DNA of 64,000 nt from a virus. The position numbers and the translations under genes were made by a program. Below, in pieces: positions 29,024 through 38,500 of the stretch. The notes beneath the pieces are model-generated. The model was not told the origin of the DNA, ran no database searches, and saw only the letters and a program-made list of their open reading frames with translations. The stretch is taken from the IMG/VR virus record IMGVR_UViG_3300035698_022898, positions 22,235-86,234 of that record; one strand, 5' to 3'. Position 1 is the first letter of the stretch. Each line of letters begins with the position of its first letter.

Positions 29024-31705
29024 CTAATGAACTAGGTTGTACTCAACACCCTTCTTGTCTTTCCAGGTGTTGTCAGTAAAGGTGACTTCCGTCTTGTCGA
29101 ACCAACTCCCGTCAATGGGGGTGAACTCTGTTTCAATGTCAAGTGGAACGATAATCCAGGGGTGTTCCTCTCTGATGTATTCACAAGAGATAGTTCGTAT
29201 GGTAGACACCACTTTGTTTTGTTCTTCGGGAACAGTATCCGTGAGCATACAGTCATGTATCTGCCCTATAAGGTCAGAATCCCACCCAGCAGCCTTAGCT
29301 TCCTCGTTAACCTCATTTGCTGACCAAAGCAGACAGTGAAAAGCAGTCCCCTGAATCTTTGTATTGATAATCTCGTTTTTCGATAGGTATCCAGAGCGTC
29401 TATGTCCAAAGAACATTTCCACATACCCATCGCGAACAAAATCTTTGATGGATTTTTCTTGCCACTTCTTGGTAGCTGCAAGGCGTGTCCAGAAATCATC
29501 TTCAACATCTTTCATGTGTTTTTCAAAATCTTGGAATACATGAATGCCTATATCATGGAAGTGTTCTTGTATGGGTATACCGTCTTCGGTCTTCATATTG
29601 GTAACCCAACAGGCATCCCAAATAGTTCTGGCACATGCTTTATACCATGAACCGTAAACCATGGGAAAGACTTGTCCGTTTTTAGCATGGAAACGTAACA
29701 TCTTAGCAACTTGATCTTGGCGCAACTGAAAAATCTTCATTGCTTGGTCCCTGTGCATATCTGTAGTTGGGTCTTGAATATAATTTACTAACACAGGGTC
29801 CTGAGTATAACATGCTAAAATACGAATTTCAATCGCGCCGTAATCGTTTTCAGCCAAACGTCTTCCGGGTGAAGCTTTTACACCGCTCCTACAAGCTCTA
29901 CGTGCCGCTTCATCTCTTACAGGAACATTATGAAAATTAGGTTTACTACTAGAACTACGATATGTTCGAGCAGTATGTAGATCGAAGAAGGGGTGGATTT
30001 TTTCATCGTCGTCAATTTCCCTGAGGAATTGAGCCATATAAGTATCACATATCTTTTCTAACTTCCTCAAGCGCATGAGGCGTTTAATGAATGGATTATC
30101 CATCCCTACAAGCACTTCCTCATCTACGGAAGCAAGCCCGGACTCTGTTTTCTTTTCAGGAACCATCCCCATGAGGTCAAACAATAAGTACCTAAGATCT
30201 TTATCCGATCCTATTTTAATGCGACGACCGGTATTCTTTATAAAAATCTCTGCTTCGAGAGAATCTTGTAGTCGGATAGTTATTCTATTTATCTGTTCTC
30301 GTAGGCGTTTTTCTTCCTCAAGATAGTATTGTCTATCCATGGGGATGCCTTTCCGTTGCATCTCACCACATACAACTAATCCTTGTTGCCAGAAACGACG
30401 AGCCCGAAGCAACCCGTTCTTTCCCTTTAATTCTGCACGTTGTTCCAAGTACAGTCTCTTAGTGAGCAGAGAATCTATTCCGTTGTATTTTAAAACATGG
30501 GGGAGTGGCACTTCCTCCATACGATTAAAGAATTCTCCAGGAGCCGATTTTTTGTAAGGGTCTATGTCTTTATCATATTCTTCTACACCCCATCGAACAT
30601 AAGCTTGAAATTTTAATCCCGATACTTTCTTTCTATCATCAAGTAGGTGAGCCGTGTTCATGGAACACCAACTTAAATTCTGAACCTCAACACCGTGTAT
30701 TTCTCTATCCCACTCCCCCTCAAATTTAGAGTTATGAGCAATTTTTAGTATTTCTTTATGCTCTAAGATCCGTTTCCACATGTCCGTGATGCCCTTGAGT
30801 TGATTGGAGTCCCAATAAGACTTCCACATCATAGGCCAAGCATAAGCAAGATCATCGTATCCTAAAGAAGTGGTCAGTATTTTGCAACCGCGTCTGTACG
30901 GTTTCAAGGCGTTGGTTTCTATGTCATAAGAAATAGGAGGCTTTTGATCTAATACATTCTTAAACATTCCGATAACATCTTCATACTTATATAAACAATG
31001 TACAGTGGTTTCTATGTCCACAGGAGCTGGCATTTTCCTTTTGAGGCATTGTACAGCAAACTCTAAATCCTTACGAAAGACAGATAAGGTAACATCACTT
31101 CGGTCCTTTCTATCCCGATAAGCATAAGAAGGGTGAAATAAAGGTATAATGAGTGCGTTTAAGAAATGATCTGGAATACAGAACTTGCGAAACCGAGAAG
31201 CTGTGATTTGAGAGAACCTACCCATAAACATCGACTCCATAGGTGCTTTACCCAGAAGCCATATATGAGTAGGTTTAAGGTCTCTAATAGCCTTCATCAC
31301 ATAAGGCTTGCAACATTTTAATTCTGTTTTGTTCGGGGGTCTGTTGGCAGGGGGGCGACAATTTGCGGCATTGATTACATGTGCGTCTCTAAATACATTT
31401 ATTCCAAAGGATTTAAGTTCATCTCGAAACCAGTTACCTATAGATCCTTGTAGCGGCATCCCGTTATTATCTCCTACTTCATCCGGAGCCTCAAGAATAA
31501 TCAACAGTCGTTTCTCCCCTTTGCCCATCCAAGGCATTCTAGGAGTCACACAACCTTTGTCTAGCCCGCAAGACTCACACATAGGTGGGCCGGGGTTCAT
31601 ATAAGTGTAAGGATTTGGAAGAGATGTTCCAAAAGGGGTAGCATTCTTGGATAAACTGACACAAGTATTGCCGGGCATATCTTTAATAGAGAAAAATCCG
31701 TTCAT
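29024..31705 (-). CDS. polA: Family A DNA polymerase with N-terminal family-4 uracil-DNA glycosylase-like domain and 3'-5' exonuclease
   Basis: UDG4 motifs (CESC..C, EAP, CRPP.NR.P, HPSY); exo DIETN and HNSKF; polymerase motifs A DYGAIEIRILA, B R..AK.....VYG, C QIHD. Confidence 0.93.
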   Translation of the reverse strand: MNGFFSIKDMPGNTCVSLSKNATPFGTSLPNPYTYMNPGPPMCESCGLDKGCVTPRMPWMGKGEKRLLIILEAPDEVGDNNGMPLQGSIGNWFRDELKSFGINVFRDAHVINAANCRPPANRPPNKTELKCCKPYVMKAIRDLKPTHIWLLGKAPMESMFMGRFSQITASRFRKFCIPDHFLNALIIPLFHPSYAYRDRKDRSDVTLSVFRKDLEFAVQCLKRKMPAPVDIETTVHCLYKYEDVIGMFKNVLDQKPPISYDIETNALKPYRRGCKILTTSLGYDDLAYAWPMMWKSYWDSNQLKGITDMWKRILEHKEILKIAHNSKFEGEWDREIHGVEVQNLSWCSMNTAHLLDDRKKVSGLKFQAYVRWGVEEYDKDIDPYKKSAPGEFFNRMEEVPLPHVLKYNGIDSLLTKRLYLEQRAELKGKNGLLRARRFWQQGLVVCGEMQRKGIPMDRQYYLEEEKRLREQINRITIRLQDSLEAEIFIKNTGRRIKIGSDKDLRYLLFDLMGMVPEKKTESGLASVDEEVLVGMDNPFIKRLMRLRKLEKICDTYMAQFLREIDDDEKIHPFFDLHTARTYRSSSSKPNFHNVPVRDEAARRACRSGVKASPGRRLAENDYGAIEIRILACYTQDPVLVNYIQDPTTDMHRDQAMKIFQLRQDQVAKMLRFHAKNGQVFPMVYGSWYKACARTIWDACWVTNMKTEDGIPIQEHFHDIGIHVFQDFEKHMKDVEDDFWTRLAATKKWQEKSIKDFVRDGYVEMFFGHRRSGYLSKNEIINTKIQGTAFHCLLWSANEVNEEAKAAGWDSDLIGQIHDCMLTDTVPEEQNKVVSTIRTISCEYIREEHPWIIVPLDIETEFTPIDGSWFDKTEVTFTDNTWKDKKGVEYNLVH

Positions 31706-31896
31706 CGCACCCTCTCTGCAAAATCTTTAAATTGGGAACTATCTACATCCAAACCCTTGTAATATTGAAGGGTCACTACTGTCTTTTGAGTGTAGAAAAA
31801 GGTGACGAGTCGATTTGTCATATCCCCCCTTTCCAAGAGTTCTACTTCACGTTGTTTTTGAGCCCCGCCTGGAACACCTGCAAAATATATAATCAT
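31702..31896 (-). CDS. Small protein, MxIYxAG...RLxxFxY family (copy 1)
   Basis: ATGA overlap with polA; similar to 33591 and 34093. Confidence 0.65.
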   Translation of the reverse strand: MIIYFAGVPGGAQKQREVELLERGDMTNRLVTFFYTQKTVVTLQYYKGLDVDSSQFKDFAERVR

Positions 31897-32084
31897 AATA
31901 TCGGGTTGTTGCCCTTATTTTAAATTGGAATAGACCCTTGGCTACCCCCGGAGTCTAGGCCTCTCTGTGTGCGAATTTGCGGGTGAGAGCCTCTCAGAGC
32001 GTGCAGGGCAACAACACTGCAGTCCCTCTGAGCATGATTGTTGCCCGCTTCAACGATTGCGAATATGACTGCGGGATGGCAAGA
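31897..32084 (-). ncRNA. Putative structured intergenic RNA
   Basis: No ORF of note; consecutive hairpins (CUCAGAG/CUCUGAG enclosing UGCAG/CUGCA; CUCUC/GAGAG; UAGAC/GUCUA). Confidence 0.35.
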
Positions 32085-33116
32085 TTATGACTTGCCGCTA
32101 TTACTCACGGGCAGGGATATCAGGTGCTTGAAAGTACCTGAGGTAAACAACGCTGCCCCTTCCGCGATTGTGAGTATGGTTGCTTTCTCCAGAATCTGAG
32201 AAAGAAAACTCGGGTTGATGACAAAGCGAACCGGATCTCTTTTGAACTCGAAGTCCAGTTGCTTTTCGATCCAGCCCACTTCCTTCTCTGCGCGACAGGA
32301 GATTACCTTTCCAGTCACGTTGACGTCCACTCTCTTATCGAGAGAAACTTCACCCTCTGTCATAAAAGAGATGGAGTCAATAAGGTCTTTGAGTTCCCCA
32401 GGAAGTTTGAGTTTCGTCCCCTCCACGTCCAAAAATTTGGAAAGATCGGGGAAGTCGCCGACCAGGATGCGGGAACTGAAAACCACACCTTCTTCCGTTG
32501 TGAAGTGGATCCAGTTGTCGGTCATGGCATACTTGACGACGTTGAATTTGACAAGCTCAGCGACGGAACGTGCGGGGATAAGCACTTGCATACCCGTGTC
32601 GCTTTCCAGCTGGTAGATGCTGATTCTCGTTTCATCTGACGACATCAAACGAGGGCCGTCAACGTAAACGCAAGTCAAAACGCCTTGCGTCATGTCCGAA
32701 GCAGCGGCAAACATTGTGAGAAACATTCCCTGGATGAAATCGGGGGGAACAGGTTTCCACATTTCCGTAAGCCTGGGCAGATCGAGAACAGCAATCAGTT
32801 TTTCCGCTTCCTGTTCCACAGTAGTTGAAAGGCCGGCTTTGGTCTTTCCCGAGTTGACATTCAACTGACCGTCTTCAAAAGAAATGTCTATCTCTTCTTC
32901 CTGGATGCCGGCAAGCATCTTGTGAAGGTCATCGGCCTTAACCGAACAAGCGAAGTCTGTCTCAAAAGGGTGACAGATACAGAGTGTGTCGTTGTAGGTC
33001 ACAACCTCACCACCTGTGAAGATGAAGTGAGTAAACTGTTCAACGATTGCTTTCTTCGCCAAACCAGGTTTGACTTTAGTAAGAACAGTGATTGCGGTGT
33101 TTCGATTAAGCTTCAC
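32085..33116 (-). CDS. Sliding clamp (DnaN beta-like)
   Basis: GTG 33116 with AGGAGG; ~343 aa; SSDETRI, SR.L.G.FPD and INP.FL patterns of the beta clamp. Confidence 0.8.
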   Translation of the reverse strand: MKLNRNTAITVLTKVKPGLAKKAIVEQFTHFIFTGGEVVTYNDTLCICHPFETDFACSVKADDLHKMLAGIQEEEIDISFEDGQLNVNSGKTKAGLSTTVEQEAEKLIAVLDLPRLTEMWKPVPPDFIQGMFLTMFAAASDMTQGVLTCVYVDGPRLMSSDETRISIYQLESDTGMQVLIPARSVAELVKFNVVKYAMTDNWIHFTTEEGVVFSSRILVGDFPDLSKFLDVEGTKLKLPGELKDLIDSISFMTEGEVSLDKRVDVNVTGKVISCRAEKEVGWIEKQLDFEFKRDPVRFVINPSFLSQILEKATILTIAEGAALFTSGTFKHLISLPVSNSGKS

Positions 33117-33201
33117 GGAAACCTCCTGTAATTTCAATAAGAAATAGCACAATTAAAAATGGTATGCAAGCATTACCACTACCCCAATTTAATTTTCTCC
33201 A

Positions 33202-33579
33202 TTAGTGTGTTATTTCAGAATAAATCCTTTCTTTTTTACCTTTTAAGTAAGCAACAAAACCAATGGCGTCCTCTACAGCATCGAACAAAGTGTTTTCTGA
33301 AAAAGATAAATTTCCTGTTTCTAATTTTTTCCAGTAATATTTTTTATCGCTTCCTTTAACAATGATAAACCCTTTAGGTAAATCCTTTATAGTATACATT
33401 TGTTTTTGAGTATGAACTTTTTTAATCGACTTCTTTTTAACACTTTGAGTTTTGGATAAAACACCTTCATTGAAACTGTTGATAGCCAAAGAAAAATTTG
33501 GTTGTGAACCTATAAATCCTCCCAATGCAACCGAAAGAAGTATAATACCAAGTAAAGTAAACGCTTTCGGTGTGTCCAT
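33202..33579 (-). CDS. Membrane-anchored hypothetical protein
   Basis: N-terminal hydrophobic helix. Confidence 0.6.
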   Translation of the reverse strand: MDTPKAFTLLGIILLSVALGGFIGSQPNFSLAINSFNEGVLSKTQSVKKKSIKKVHTQKQMYTIKDLPKGFIIVKGSDKKYYWKKLETGNLSFSENTLFDAVEDAIGFVAYLKGKKERIYSEITH

Positions 33580-33590
33580 AAGACCCCCTT

Positions 33591-33782
33591 TTATAGGTTA
33601 TTCATATCCTCAGGTAGTACAGAGTTGGTTATATTTTGCCAACTACGCCTACGGAACTTAAATCCTGCTAGGAATAAATCATAAAAAGAAAATATAACCG
33701 TGGGTTTAACTCCAGCCTTTTCACAAGCACCCTCTACACAATCCCACAAATCGTCTCCTGCCCCTGCTAAATAGATATGCAT
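33591..33782 (-). CDS. Small protein, MxIYxAG family (copy 2)
   Basis: GGAG RBS; MHIYLAG...VIFSFY. Confidence 0.65.
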   Translation of the reverse strand: MHIYLAGAGDDLWDCVEGACEKAGVKPTVIFSFYDLFLAGFKFRRRSWQNITNSVLPEDMNNL

Positions 33783-33795
33783 AATTCTCCAAATT

Positions 33796-33826
33796 AAAAG
33801 GGGAGGGGGTGTTGCCCGCCTCCCCT
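33796..33826 (-). terminator. Intrinsic terminator
   Basis: AGGGGAGG/CCUCCCCU stem followed by UUUUAAUUU. Confidence 0.6.
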
Positions 33827-33848
33827 GTAGATAGGGTCAGAGCCCTCC

Positions 33849-34127
33849 TTACCCTACATGAAACAAGTGCCAAATATCGAAGTTTGCTCTGTTTTCCCAG
33901 GAGCCTAAGTAGACCCCCTTTTTGGGTAATTTATGTCCAGTTCCTACAGCTTCAAACGTGTGTGTGATTTTGACGGCATCCGTATCCACCTCTATCCACA
34001 TGCAGGCTTGATCGTCTTGTGTATCTACTCGTATAATTCTTTCCCAAATGCATTTGCCACTTGCGGGCGGTATTTCTAAGGCAAATTTACCACTACTCGG
34101 GATTAGGTACTTCCAAATCGTTTTCAT
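33849..34127 (-). CDS. Conserved phage hypothetical protein
   Basis: MKTIWKY...W.EVD...GTGH...YLGS...WHLF. Confidence 0.65.
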   Translation of the reverse strand: MKTIWKYLIPSSGKFALEIPPASGKCIWERIIRVDTQDDQACMWIEVDTDAVKITHTFEAVGTGHKLPKKGVYLGSWENRANFDIWHLFHVG

Positions 34128-34290
34128 CTTCCACTCCCAGAGCCCGGAACACCGTTTCGCAATCCCCTTTATAGTAGAATGCCAACAGTCTGGCATAATG
34201 AGGACTCCGTTGAAGAACTAGATCACGCATACCTCGTTCCAAATCCGGGCTCTTCATTTGGGGAAAGTTCCCTGCGTGAAATATGATCAT
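34093..34290 (-). CDS. Small protein, MxIYxAG family (copy 3)
   Basis: MIIFHAG...RLLAFYY. Confidence 0.65.
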   Translation of the reverse strand: MIIFHAGNFPQMKSPDLERGMRDLVLQRSPHYARLLAFYYKGDCETVFRALGVEDENDLEVPNPE

Positions 34291-34296
34291 GTACTC

Positions 34297-34674
34297 TTAC
34301 CCTTTGTTAGCAGGGTTGAGGTGTTTGGGGATAATGAGTCCTGTGGGAGGAGCAGCTACTTTGGAGGGGCCTTGAATATGGGCCTCCTTAGCCCTGGCTA
34401 CGGACTCTTCCCACTCAATCATTTTCCGAACAAGGATGGAATTGGCCTTGTAAGTGATTACAATTTTGTCCTTGGAAACAGCTTTGCAGCTTTTGAAATC
34501 CGAGAATATCAACCAGTCTTCAATTTGAAGACCTTTCATCATAGGTTGTTCGGGGTTGGTGTGGACAATTATACTCCTGGGATTATGCCACAAATCATCA
34601 CCAGGGACTTTGTAATAGGCTATAAGTTGCCCGGAGACGAGTTCTGCCACATGTAATTCTTTTTCCTTAACCAT
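34297..34674 (-). CDS. Hypothetical protein
   Basis: GGAGG RBS, overlaps the dpdA stop. Confidence 0.6.
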   Translation of the reverse strand: MVKEKELHVAELVSGQLIAYYKVPGDDLWHNPRSIIVHTNPEQPMMKGLQIEDWLIFSDFKSCKAVSKDKIVITYKANSILVRKMIEWEESVARAKEAHIQGPSKVAAPPTGLIIPKHLNPANKG

Positions 34675-35776
34675 TGTTTCCTCCCTGTAAGTCCTTCAAA
34701 CAGAAGAGCTTGGGTTGTGATTGTTGTTTTACCTTATGTTGAAACACCCAGGGCCATTCTGGAATACTTTTTTCCAGATCTAAATAATAAAGGATGTTTA
34801 GTTCATCCCTTTTCCGATAATCGTTAGACAAGCCTCGAATAAGAATTTTCTCGACACTACGTTGACCGTCAACGGCTTTTCCGTCCCAACGCTCGTCTTC
34901 TTCGAGTTTGTAGTCTGACGGTTCCATGCGAAACTCGGATTCTCCGAGAACGAACCCTTTTTCTTCAAAGTAGCGAGTAATGAATTTTCGCTCAGCATCG
35001 GTAAAGTTTTTCAAATGCTTTCCTTCAATCTTAATAGAAGGTGAGCGGGTAGAGACGACAACGGACCACGCAGGCTCGTCATAAATGTATTCTCCTGACC
35101 TCCATCTAGGTACACACACAATGCCATATTTTCCGAACTTGACCCAACTGGTACTGTCACAACTATACCAGGGGTAACGATTGACAAGCTTTGCAGATGT
35201 GACCGCGAACCCATGTACTTTGACAAGGGGCATTCCTTTGTCGTCGGTTAACATGGTAGACCAAATTCTGTCAAGGTTGGGGATAAGCACTTTGGGAGGG
35301 TTAGGAATCATACCGCCCATAGCAATGTAAGTATATCCCAATTCCAAGTACATTTCCAACCACTTTTCATCACACCCGAAATGAAATACTGGAATAGGTG
35401 TCAACCCGAAAGACTCTAGGTACTTCTGATTATCCCATGTCGCTTCTGGGTTGTTAATCACATCCAAATTTGCGTAAACCTCCAGATGGTCTTTGTACTT
35501 TAGAATAAATTGTACATAACCGTCTCTGTACTCTAAATATATTTTCCTACTACTGCATATTTCAGAAAGAGGACAAGATAAACAGGGCTCCGCATTTTCC
35601 CAAGTACCGTAGTCCCTACTATTGGGACATTGGTGAACATCTAAAAAAGGGTAAACGTCAAATTTCCTATCCTCAAGATAGGAGCCCATATAGGTAGCCT
35701 TTTTGTCTTTACGCACCAGAGTGTTGTAAAGACTAGGGGCACCAGAGTCAAGAAATATTCTTACATTCTCGGTCAC
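34667..35776 (-). CDS. dpdA: DpdA-like (TGT-fold) DNA 7-deazaguanine transglycosylase
   Basis: FLDSGA.S, NLDVI, PVFH.G, IAMGG, VHGFA.T and PWYS.DSTSW motifs; in a queD/queE/folE cluster. Confidence 0.8.
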   Translation of the reverse strand: MTENVRIFLDSGAPSLYNTLVRKDKKATYMGSYLEDRKFDVYPFLDVHQCPNSRDYGTWENAEPCLSCPLSEICSSRKIYLEYRDGYVQFILKYKDHLEVYANLDVINNPEATWDNQKYLESFGLTPIPVFHFGCDEKWLEMYLELGYTYIAMGGMIPNPPKVLIPNLDRIWSTMLTDDKGMPLVKVHGFAVTSAKLVNRYPWYSCDSTSWVKFGKYGIVCVPRWRSGEYIYDEPAWSVVVSTRSPSIKIEGKHLKNFTDAERKFITRYFEEKGFVLGESEFRMEPSDYKLEEDERWDGKAVDGQRSVEKILIRGLSNDYRKRDELNILYYLDLEKSIPEWPWVFQHKVKQQSQPKLFCLKDLQGGNNG

Positions 35777-36771
35777 AGAAGCCTCATCTCGTTGATCATT
35801 TTGGGGATGGCTTTTTCACCCATTCTCCGAAGAACTTTTTGAGTAACTTTAATTTGAGTATCAAATAATTGGTTATTTACGGGGTTCTGAATCATATGGA
35901 TTTTGTCAACTAAATCATTCCAGCTTGTATAAATGAATCTTTTGGGGTATAATTCAGGATAACTGAGGTCATTGGGCACCAAGGGGATACACCCACAGAA
36001 AAGAGCTTCCTGCATGGCAATTCCCCACGTTTCTTGTAAAGCAAAGGAAACGGCTATTTTTCCAGTGCCCAACAATTCATAGTACGACCGTTTATCCATG
36101 CAAGCATTTTTGGTTCTGAGGAATCTTGTTTCTGGTAATTGAAATTCCAAGTTATCGAAAAGATCCGGTCGTTTTTCAGGATCCAAACGGTGAGGAAACA
36201 GGATGCACTCCCTTTCGGCGTCGGGTTCTGTTTCTGGAATAAATTCGTCGGGGTACATGGGGAATCTTGTTACTTTCACCTTTTTCGCGGATCTGGTCTT
36301 TAACAAAAGATTCCTGTGATAATCTGTGGCTACAAAGATGCAGTCTATGAAGTTGAACCAGGCATTCTCTTGAAAAGAAGCCCAATATCGCATTCCTTTA
36401 CGAGTAAGGAAATCCTGGGAATCGTAAGTCCCTGCGTGAAGGCACCCAGCGATTTTGAAATTTATGTCATTTCCTTGACGGATGTATTGCAAAGCTTCCA
36501 GCCCAGGAAACCACAAATCATGGAAAAACAGTATGTCTCCGTCCTTCAACAAATGTAGATTTTTTATGAACCATTGAAGTTGGGAAAGCTTGTAATGGTT
36601 GGTAGAAACCACATCCAAGAAAGCACCTGTGATGATGGAATCTGTCAGAGCTATTCCGGGAACGTCAATCACAGGAATGTCATGATTGGCAAACTCCCGC
36701 AGAAACCACTTTGCCCATTGGCCTGAGTATCTTTCTTCCAGAGGCTCTATGGAGAAGTTCCAAATTCTCAT
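35773..36771 (-). CDS. Glycosyltransferase (GT-B, GT4-like)
   Basis: E.RY..QW, D.W.PG, HAGTYD, FPHR..PEK, QETWGIAMQEAL..GC.PLVP...SYPE; 4-nt overlaps with both neighbours. Confidence 0.85.
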   Translation of the reverse strand: MRIWNFSIEPLEERYSGQWAKWFLREFANHDIPVIDVPGIALTDSIITGAFLDVVSTNHYKLSQLQWFIKNLHLLKDGDILFFHDLWFPGLEALQYIRQGNDINFKIAGCLHAGTYDSQDFLTRKGMRYWASFQENAWFNFIDCIFVATDYHRNLLLKTRSAKKVKVTRFPMYPDEFIPETEPDAERECILFPHRLDPEKRPDLFDNLEFQLPETRFLRTKNACMDKRSYYELLGTGKIAVSFALQETWGIAMQEALFCGCIPLVPNDLSYPELYPKRFIYTSWNDLVDKIHMIQNPVNNQLFDTQIKVTQKVLRRMGEKAIPKMINEMRLL

Positions 36772-38090
36772 AAAATTCCCAACCTTCCACAAATTGCGTA
36801 ATATGTGGAAATATCTTCGAGACTAATCTCGAGTACTTTGGATTGTTTCAAATGATCTTTTACAGTCTTTCCCGAAAAGTCGGACATGTTGTAAGGGTCG
36901 ATTTTATACATTCTAAACCAAACAAGATCTGAATCTTGAATATCCCTTTTGTACACGATTTCCTCATTCAAAAAGGAATTGGGGATAAAACTCGGAAGCA
37001 GTCTCATTGGACGTTCTGTGAGAATAAACCCGTCTTCCCAAGTAACTTCGGCCGCCGTTCCGTGATAAGGTTGAAAGAACTGACCCAACCCTGCTTCGGT
37101 CCCGTTAGTTTGCACCCTGCTGTACAGTTCTTCGGGCTTAAACCCGTATTTTCGCAGGAAGTCTCCCGTCATATTGAGAGTCTTGAAAGTTTCTCCAGGG
37201 AAGAAAGTCATCGTAAGCCAGAAAATATTTGTGGGTTGGTTTTCCGCAAGTTCCATACAGGAACGAATTACACCGCTTTTTTTCATTTCCGAAGCCACTT
37301 CGGGGGAAGCAGTTTCCAAACCGACTTCAAGAAGGCGTACACCCTGTTCACGGAAAGTTTCGTGTCCGTATTTTTGGGTGTACTTGAGAACGCTTATGGG
37401 TTCTGCCAAGGCGATGAAGTTAAAGCCCCCCAATTTGCGGGCATATTCCAAAATGTGGTAAGCACGATCAGTATCGAAAAGGAAGTTTTCATCAGTGAAA
37501 TGCAGATTTCTTATTCCACGATCGTGCATTTCATGAAGAATATTACAAACTACACTCTCAGGCAACGCTAATCGTTTTCGTTCACAATTCCTTGTGGCGG
37601 GGCAAAAAGTGCAACCCTTGGGGCATCCGTATGAAGTAAAAAACGGATAAACCTGACCTTCGTATTCTCGTAAGTGCATATCACAATCACTCAGGAGAAT
37701 TGTTTGAAAATCCTCATAATATCTATGATACTTGGAAATCCCTTCAAGTATGCGATGATTGGGGATTACTTCCGAGGGCAAACAGTATCTGTCGATCAGC
37801 GGGTAATAGCCGAAGAAGACTTTGTAGCCCTCAAGGAAACGATTTATTACTTGACAAGCCTCAATCTGCGGGTATGACCACAAAGCAACCATGTACTTCT
37901 TTGCTTTGGGAAGATTGTCCAAATTGGCAACAGTGAAATCCTCAATCAGGAGGGTATCCAAACCATCTGCCTTACATGAAGCATAGAGAATGTAAGGTAG
38001 GTAGCAGAAGCTTCCCCTGTTAAACTCGGTAGATGCAGGGTCTATGATAACTACATCGTAGACCTTATCCTTCGACAGATTTACAGTCAT
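36768..38090 (-). CDS. Radical SAM enzyme (class B / BchE-like architecture)
   Basis: TSYGCPKGCTFC (CxxxCxxC), F.DENF, GLET; Rossmann-like N-terminal extension. Confidence 0.85.
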   Translation of the reverse strand: MTVNLSKDKVYDVVIIDPASTEFNRGSFCYLPYILYASCKADGLDTLLIEDFTVANLDNLPKAKKYMVALWSYPQIEACQVINRFLEGYKVFFGYYPLIDRYCLPSEVIPNHRILEGISKYHRYYEDFQTILLSDCDMHLREYEGQVYPFFTSYGCPKGCTFCPATRNCERKRLALPESVVCNILHEMHDRGIRNLHFTDENFLFDTDRAYHILEYARKLGGFNFIALAEPISVLKYTQKYGHETFREQGVRLLEVGLETASPEVASEMKKSGVIRSCMELAENQPTNIFWLTMTFFPGETFKTLNMTGDFLRKYGFKPEELYSRVQTNGTEAGLGQFFQPYHGTAAEVTWEDGFILTERPMRLLPSFIPNSFLNEEIVYKRDIQDSDLVWFRMYKIDPYNMSDFSGKTVKDHLKQSKVLEISLEDISTYYAICGRLGIL

Positions 38091-38433
38091 AATAAGCCTC
38101 CGCTCCATTTTCGTTATCCTCAAATACCGAGGTGTAAGCAGCACCGAATCTGTCTATCAGTTCGGCACACATCATTTCGCATGACATTTTACCTAAGTCT
38201 TGGTCCCACCAGTTATCTTTAAGGAACTTTTCGACGAGCATTTTTTTGCTGATAAATTCAATATCTCTATCATCATGAAATACCGGCCATTTCATAGTAA
38301 TGTGGAATACATGACGATGGGGAGTCTTTAGGAAGGATACAGCTTCAATGGGACATTCGGGCCAACAATGGATAGCGGGGAAACTTGTCTTTATGATAAC
38401 CGAGGATATTTTCCTAACGCTCATAATTGTCAT
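38065..38433 (-). CDS. T-fold QueD paralogue (DpdL-like, putative CDG decarboxylase)
   Basis: IH.WP, LKTPHRHVF (LxxxHRHxF), DRDIEF, SCE, V.ED.ENG. Confidence 0.7.
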   Translation of the reverse strand: MTIMSVRKISSVIIKTSFPAIHCWPECPIEAVSFLKTPHRHVFHITMKWPVFHDDRDIEFISKKMLVEKFLKDNWWDQDLGKMSCEMMCAELIDRFGAAYTSVFEDNENGAEAYYDCKSVEG

Positions 38434-38460
38434 TTCCGACTCCGGGTAAAGTGTTAATCA

Positions 38461-38490
38461 AAGAAGGGGTTGTGGAGGTAACCCCTTCTT
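38461..38490. terminator. Perfect 11-bp hairpin after folE
   Basis: aagaaggggtt / aaccccttctt. Confidence 0.5.
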
Positions 38491-38500
38491 CTCAAAGACT

